Positions 57,711-64,000 of a stretch of DNA of 64,000 nucleotides are shown here, one piece after another (position 1 is the first letter of the stretch; each line of letters opens with the position of its first letter). This DNA is from Eledone cirrhosa (Eukaryota), in NCBI GenBank assembly GCA_964016885.1, contig OZ024740.1, forward strand, positions 157,604,001 to 157,668,000. Direction: 5' to 3'. Made by a program: the position numbers and the translations under genes. The notes beneath the pieces were generated by a model that saw only the letters and a program-made list of their open reading frames with translations, was not told the DNA's origin and searched no databases.

Positions 57711-60700
57711 AAGAAAAGGAGGAGAGCACAAGCACGGACCTGAAAGAAAATGAGATACCCTCCGCCACAGTCAGGGAGGGCAGGCCGGGCAACCAACAAG
57801 CAAAGGTGAAAAGCGAAATCACCTTCCGAAGGAGAACCAAGCGCAGAGGGACCAGTGGACAACTGTTCAAAGGAAGAACAGAAAGCACCGAGACAATGGG
57901 AGCAAAAAAACCCAAGCGATGTGCAAGTTTTTCAAGAACGGGACATGCTGGCATGGAGAGACAGGGATGGGATGCAGATTCGCCCACCCTAGGTCTCAAA
58001 CGAACTATGCCCATCCTACTCGCGTAACATGCCCCAGCCAAAGCCGAAATAAGCTGCTCCAGAAGTATGCTGATGTCGCGCGTGCCGCACCAACAAGGAG
58101 AAGACACGCACATGCCGACGAGATACAGATGGCAGCAGCAGAGCAGAACAATTTTTTGGTGATGGCAGAGAAGATTGTGGGACAGCTGACCTGGCTGCAT
58201 CGTCTCCAGAGCCAGGGTCACCCACACTAGCACTCGAGACCACCACAACTAAGGGACCCAGAGTGGCCGCCGCTGACAGCAGACCAGGTGTCATACCGAA
58301 AGCCATTACTGGTACCCCAAAAGTCACACCAGTGCTGCTGCTGAATGTCAGAGGCCTGGTGAAACTCAGTAACATGAGTAAAATTTCCTACCTGGGAGAC
58401 TTAGCCATAAGCAATCAAGCATTATGCATGGCACTAACCGAAACACACCTGACAAGCAGTATAGCAGATGCAGAAATACATATACCGAAATATACTGTAT
58501 TTCGTTCGGACAGGAAGGAGAGAACTCATGGTGGGGTTGCTCTGTATATCCGTGAAGATGTCACACCAATTGTACTGTTGACACATTCAAACTCAGTCTG
58601 TGACACACTGATAGTACATATGAAGCAACTCCAGACAGTAATATGTGTCACATATCGGTCGCCCGATTCCCCCAGTCATGAGGGTAACTTTGAGGATAGC
58701 CTAAGTAGGATAGAAGAGGTCTTTGACAAACTGGACCAGGGTCTCAACATTCTACTGCTGGGAGACTTCAACCTACCAAAGGTCAAATGGCCTGAGGGTC
58801 ACCTCCTCCCTGGAATGACGTCAATAGAACAGAGACAGACGGAATCCCTGCTGGCCCTCACACACAGGCTGTTCATGGAGCAAGCAATACTCCTCCCAAC
58901 AAGAGGCGAAAATATCCTGGACCTCTGTTTTACAAACAACGAAGTGCTCATCCACAATGTAAAGGTGACACCAACAATTCTCTCGGATCATAACTTAGTA
59001 GAGCTAATGATATGTGGTCCAAGAGAACCAACAGAGACAAAACCACCAAGAAGCTCCGGGACGTTATCCAGCCTTAACTTCTACAAGGCTAACTGGAAAA
59101 AGATTAAGAGAGAAATCCGGAAGCAAACATGGAGTGAAAACACCGCCACACAAGACACTAACACACAATTTCAACACTTCATGACAACGATACACACTAT
59201 ATGCAAAAAGTTTGTCCCGGAGAAAAAGGCAAACAGACACAACAATCTTATTCCCAGAGATAGGAAAATCCTTATGAGACGTAGAATCACAGTCTCAAAC
59301 CAGTTGAATAGTCAACAAAACAAAAACAAGAAGGAATCCTATTTGAAACGTGCACTACTTGGCACCGAGATTGCACTCAAGCTTTCCCATGAGAATGAGA
59401 GGGCAAAGAAAGAGAACAGGGCCATAGAAAACATTAAAACAAACCCTAAGGCCTTCTTTAAATTTGCAAAAGAAACTGCCTCAGTACACTGCAAGATTGG
59501 GCCACTCTTCCATACGGACGGTTCATTAACCGAAAACCCCCAAGAGATATGTGAAATACTGAACGAACAGTACAAAAGTGTCTTCACATGTCCACTGAGG
59601 CACATGCAAATAACGAAGCCAGAGGAGTTCTCTGATGCCACAACACTACATAAAGAAATGGCAACCATCAACCACATAGACATAACGGAGTAGGATGTCG
59701 TGTACGCCATTGTTGAAATTAGAACAGACTCGGCTGCTGGACCTGATGGATTCCCAGCAGTTCACTTAAAAATATGTAAGCGGGCCTTAGCAACTCCACT
59801 GAAGATGCTCTTCAGAAGCTCCTTGGCTAGCGGCGTACTACCCAGGGAGCTGAAAGAAGGCACAATATGCCCTATCCATAAAGGAGGTAGCAGAGCGGAG
59901 GCCAGTCTCCCTGACGCCGCATATCAGTAAGGTCATGGAGCGAGTCGTCAGAAAGAAACTGATCACTTTCCTCGAGGAAAATAACCGCCTGACTAGCACG
60001 CAACATGGCTTCCGCCCAGGAAGAAGCTGCCTTACACAGCTGCTGCATCACTATGACTGGGTACTGAGACAACTACTAGACAGCTCACATGTGGACGTGA
60101 TATATCTTGAATTTGCGAAGGCCTTTGACAAGGTCGACCACGGAATGATATGTCACAAACTACACGGACTCGGCATAACTAGAAAAGTAGGTGAGTGGCT
60201 GCATGACTTCCTAAAGGACAGAAGCCAGGCAGTCGCAGCAAATGGGGCCCTCTCAAAGGAAACACCAATAACAAGTGAGGTGCCCCAGGGGACAGTCCTG
60301 GGACCACTACTGTTTTTGGTGGCTCTCTCAGACATGCCCTCTGTAGTACATACAACAACATCCCTCACTAGCTATGCTAATGACACTAAGGTAGCACAGG
60401 CAATCAAAAACCCGGCTGACGCTGCCCTTTTTCAGCAGGATCTGGATGCTATATACAAATGGGCGGAAGAAAACAACATGCAGTTTAATGCTGGCAAATT
60501 CCAAGCCCTACAATACGAACTTCCAAACAAACCTGCAAACACAAATATAGTACAACACAACTACACAAGACCAGGAGGGGCCGATATCCCTGTGTCAAAA
60601 TCGATACGAGACCTGGGCATAGACATGAGCGATGATGCATCTTTTTCTTCACACATCATGAAAGTGGCGACAATGTGCAGACGACTCGCTGGCTGGATCT

Positions 60701-61372
60701 TGAGGACTTTCCGGACAAGAGATCGAGAGACCATGTTGACACTATGGAGGACATTTGTCCTAAGCCGCCTGCACTATTGCTCCAAGTTGTGGTCTCCTCA
60801 TAGTGTCAAACTAAGCACGGAGCTTGAGGCAATCCAACGAAGCAACACCAAGAGGATTGCGACGATGAAGGAGATAAGCTATTGGGAGAGGCTAAAAGAA
60901 CTGAACCTCTACTCCTTAGAACGAAGACGGGAGAGATAAGCAGTGATATACAAATACAAAATCCTGGAGGGACTAACACCAAACTTTGGCATTGGGAGCT
61001 GGACCAACCGTCGAACAGGACGTCACTGTGTGGTGCCAAAGGTCCCGTTTTCCACATCCAGAATAAGGAGCATGTATTGCAATAGCCTGGGATTCAAGGG
61101 CCCTCAACTCTTCAACAAGCTGCCGGGGGATCTGAGAGATTTGCATGACGTGGAGGTGGATGTCTTCAAGAAACGTCTCGATACCTTGTTAGCCAGGATC
61201 CCGGATGAGCCCACAGCAAGGCACGAGGAAAACCTAAGGGCAGCAGCAACAAACCCCCTCTTACACCAGTGGCCTACCTATACAGGCTGGAGATAAAATG
61301 TGTAGCAACAAGGGCGGTGCCCCAGCATGGCCTCAGCCGGATGGCTGAAACAAGTAAAAGAGTAAAAGAGTA
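57711..61372 (+). mobile_element. Near-full-length CR1/L2-group LINE, inactivated
   Basis: ORF1 remnant with CCCH finger (CKFFKNGTCWHGETGMGCRFAH), APE endonuclease and RT, short 3' UTR and (TAAAAGAG)n tail; 5' end in (TA)n. Confidence 0.9.
58330..61296 (+). pseudogene. LINE ORF2 (APE endonuclease + reverse transcriptase), disrupted
   Basis: LLNVRGL, LTETHL, GDFN, LDL, SDH (APE); QHGFR, KAFDKVDH, VPQGTVLGPLLF, YAND for YADD (RT); stops at 59691 and 60937, deletion/frameshift near 59900. Confidence 0.92.
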
Positions 61373-61505
61373 TACATGTGTGTGCTTGCCCGTGTGTGTG
61401 TGTAATGTGTGTGTGTATAATGTGTGTGTGTATAATGTGTATGTGTGTGTATGTATATGTTTATATATATATATGTGTATATAAATATGTATATATATGA
61501 ATGCG

Positions 61506-61536
<31 letters not shown>

Positions 61537-61574
61537 GTATTTATATATATATATACATATATATATACACACAC

Positions 61575-61639
<65 letters not shown>

Positions 61640-61642
<3 letters not shown>

Positions 61643-62117
61643 AAATGTGTGTAATCCTTGGTACAGTTAGGCAAAACGAAAAACCTAATATATTGCGCAA
61701 CATGTCCACAGTGTAAAGAGTATTACATTGGGGAAACCGGAACGGGATTACATGATAGAGTCCGGGTACATAAACAACAAATTAAAGACCCCACAGTCAG
61801 AAATACCACATGTAGCGCACACTTTGCATCATGCGGGAAGGGAAAATTCACAATCTTCCCTTTCTTCAAGATATGGTCGGATAACGAACATTTCCGCAGA
61901 TATAGAGAAGAATTCTTCATTGAAATATTTAAACCACTACTGAACACGAAAAAATGAATTAACACTCGGAGGTAAAATTCCATTTCACTACCCCCCCCCC
62001 ACCTCTTCTTATGTATACACATGAATATCTGAGTGAACGGTGAAACACACACATATGTGTGTGTAGGTATGTATGGATGTATGTACGTGTGGGTATATAT
62101 GTATATGGGTGTGTGTA

Positions 62118-62149
<32 letters not shown>

Positions 62150-62429
62150 TATGGATGTGTGTATGTTTGTATATATGTGTGTATGTGTGTATATATGTGT
62201 ATATGTATATGTATGTATGTGTATGTTTGTATATATATATGTGTATATATATATATATATATGGATGGATATATATGTTTATATATGTGTGTGTGTATGT
62301 ATGTGTATGTACCTATATATATGTGTGTGTGTGTATGTATGTGCATATATGTATATATGTGTGTACATATGTGTATGTTTCTGTATGTGTATATGTATGT
62401 ATGTATGTATGTAGATGTATGTGTATATA

Positions 62430-62480
<51 letters not shown>

Positions 62481-62564
62481 ATATGTGTCTTTATGTGCTC
62501 GTGTGTACGCATATATGTATGTATATATGTATGTGTGTATGTATGTGTGTGTGTATATATATGT

Positions 62565-62595
<31 letters not shown>

Positions 62596-62725
62596 CACTT
62601 CTCACCTGAGGAAGGGCTTATGCCCGAAACGTCGTCCCCCACCTACCCCCCACTCTCCTGAGCGTGAAATTAATAAACATTTATTGTACTGCCTCTCTGT
62701 TTTGTCCCTGTTCAAATTTTTCCAT
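61640..62725 (+). mobile_element. Penelope-like element 3' fragment: GIY-YIG endonuclease, microsatellite-rich UTR, hammerhead and polyA signal
   Basis: [41 protein letters not shown] (61658-61957); HHR at 62604-62635; AATAAA at ~62672. Confidence 0.8.
62604..62635 (+). ncRNA. Minimal type I hammerhead core of the Penelope fragment
   Basis: AC CTGAGGA A GGGC ttat GCCC GAAA CG TC GT; core intact, stem I only 2 bp. Confidence 0.65.
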
Positions 62726-62763
62726 TATATATATATATGTATCTATGTATGTACATGTATGTG

Positions 62764-62797
<34 letters not shown>

Positions 62798-62955
62798 TGT
62801 ATGTATGTATGTACTTGTATGTGTATGTGTATGTATGTGTATATATATATATATATATGTATGTGTATATATATATATAGATAGACATATATGTATGTGT
62901 ATATGTGTGTATGTGTCTGTATGTGTTTATGTGTACATATATGTATGTGTATATG

Positions 62956-63011
<56 letters not shown>

Positions 63012-63265
63012 TATGTATGTGTGTGTGTGTGTATGCCTCTCTCTATATGTGTATGTATATATAGATGTATGTGTGTATGTGTGTGTGTGTATGCATGTAT
63101 GTGTGAACGGAGGTATATATACGGACATATGTATATATATGTGTGTGTGTGTGTATACACGTGCGTGTGTGTGTGTGTATGTGTGCGTGTATGTGTATAT
63201 ATGTATATTTAGCTATGTATCTTTATGTGTGTATATGTATGTATGTGTATGTATGTATATGTATG

Positions 63266-63296
<31 letters not shown>

Positions 63297-63356
63297 ATAT
63301 ATGTGTGTGTGTATATATATATGTGTGTGTGTATGTGTGTGTATATGTATATGTAT

Positions 63357-63390
<34 letters not shown>

Positions 63391-63399
63391 GTGAGTTAA

Positions 63400-63579
<180 letters not shown>

Positions 63580-64000
63580 CATATATATATATACATATAC
63601 ATGTATATATACATATATATTCACACATTGTTAATTGGTACACATATACACATATACAGACTCACGTATGTATATAGTTTATTACCCTAGCCAAGAAATT
63701 CTTGCTCGATCACGATGATTTCACGCTCATAAATGTGTACGTGATTGTAGTAATATGTCGTGTCTAAAATTACGAGGGTATAAGATGCCACTAATGTTTT
63801 AAATATTTAATCTTAACCATACAGTATGATATATTAATTTTATACTGACCGTATCAAAAACATTTCATCTCTCGGACAGATTTTAGACTCAATCTGTTTC
63901 GCTCTGAAAAATTGTGTTTGTAACAGATAATCTGTAGGCTATCAGCACGGTACCTATGTGAGTTAATACCTCTGTATTTTATTTGTATTTCGGCTCCCTG

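Noticed and set aside
63771-64000. TACGAGGG mariner-like terminus
   Set aside because: Too short, with no partner TIR within the window

Overview
AT-rich animal genomic DNA, most likely octopus/cephalopod (inferred from the tRNA-derived SINE families and extreme (TA)n/(CA)n density). I see no credible host protein-coding gene; nearly all ORF-track entries are microsatellite translations. The window holds decayed retrotransposons (R4/Dong-like, Hero-like, RTE, Tx1-like, a near-full CR1-group LINE, a Penelope GIY-YIG 3' end), SINEs, a hAT MITE with an 8-bp TSD, a non-autonomous Helitron and satellites. The notable hidden layer is a dense set of type I hammerhead ribozyme (HHR) motifs, found and folded by eye, from several unrelated sequence families. 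The centrepiece is a ~494-bp tandem array (24510-28335) with one minimal HHR per unit: seven ribozymes, three on - and four on +, split by an inversion. It looks like a non-LTR retrozyme array predicted to yield ~494-nt self-cleaved, possibly circular RNAs. Several short HHR elements sit in (TA)n as fold-back palindromes whose ribozyme-sense strands always point away from the axis. Structures are manual predictions; activity, expression, novelty and assembly correctness are untested.
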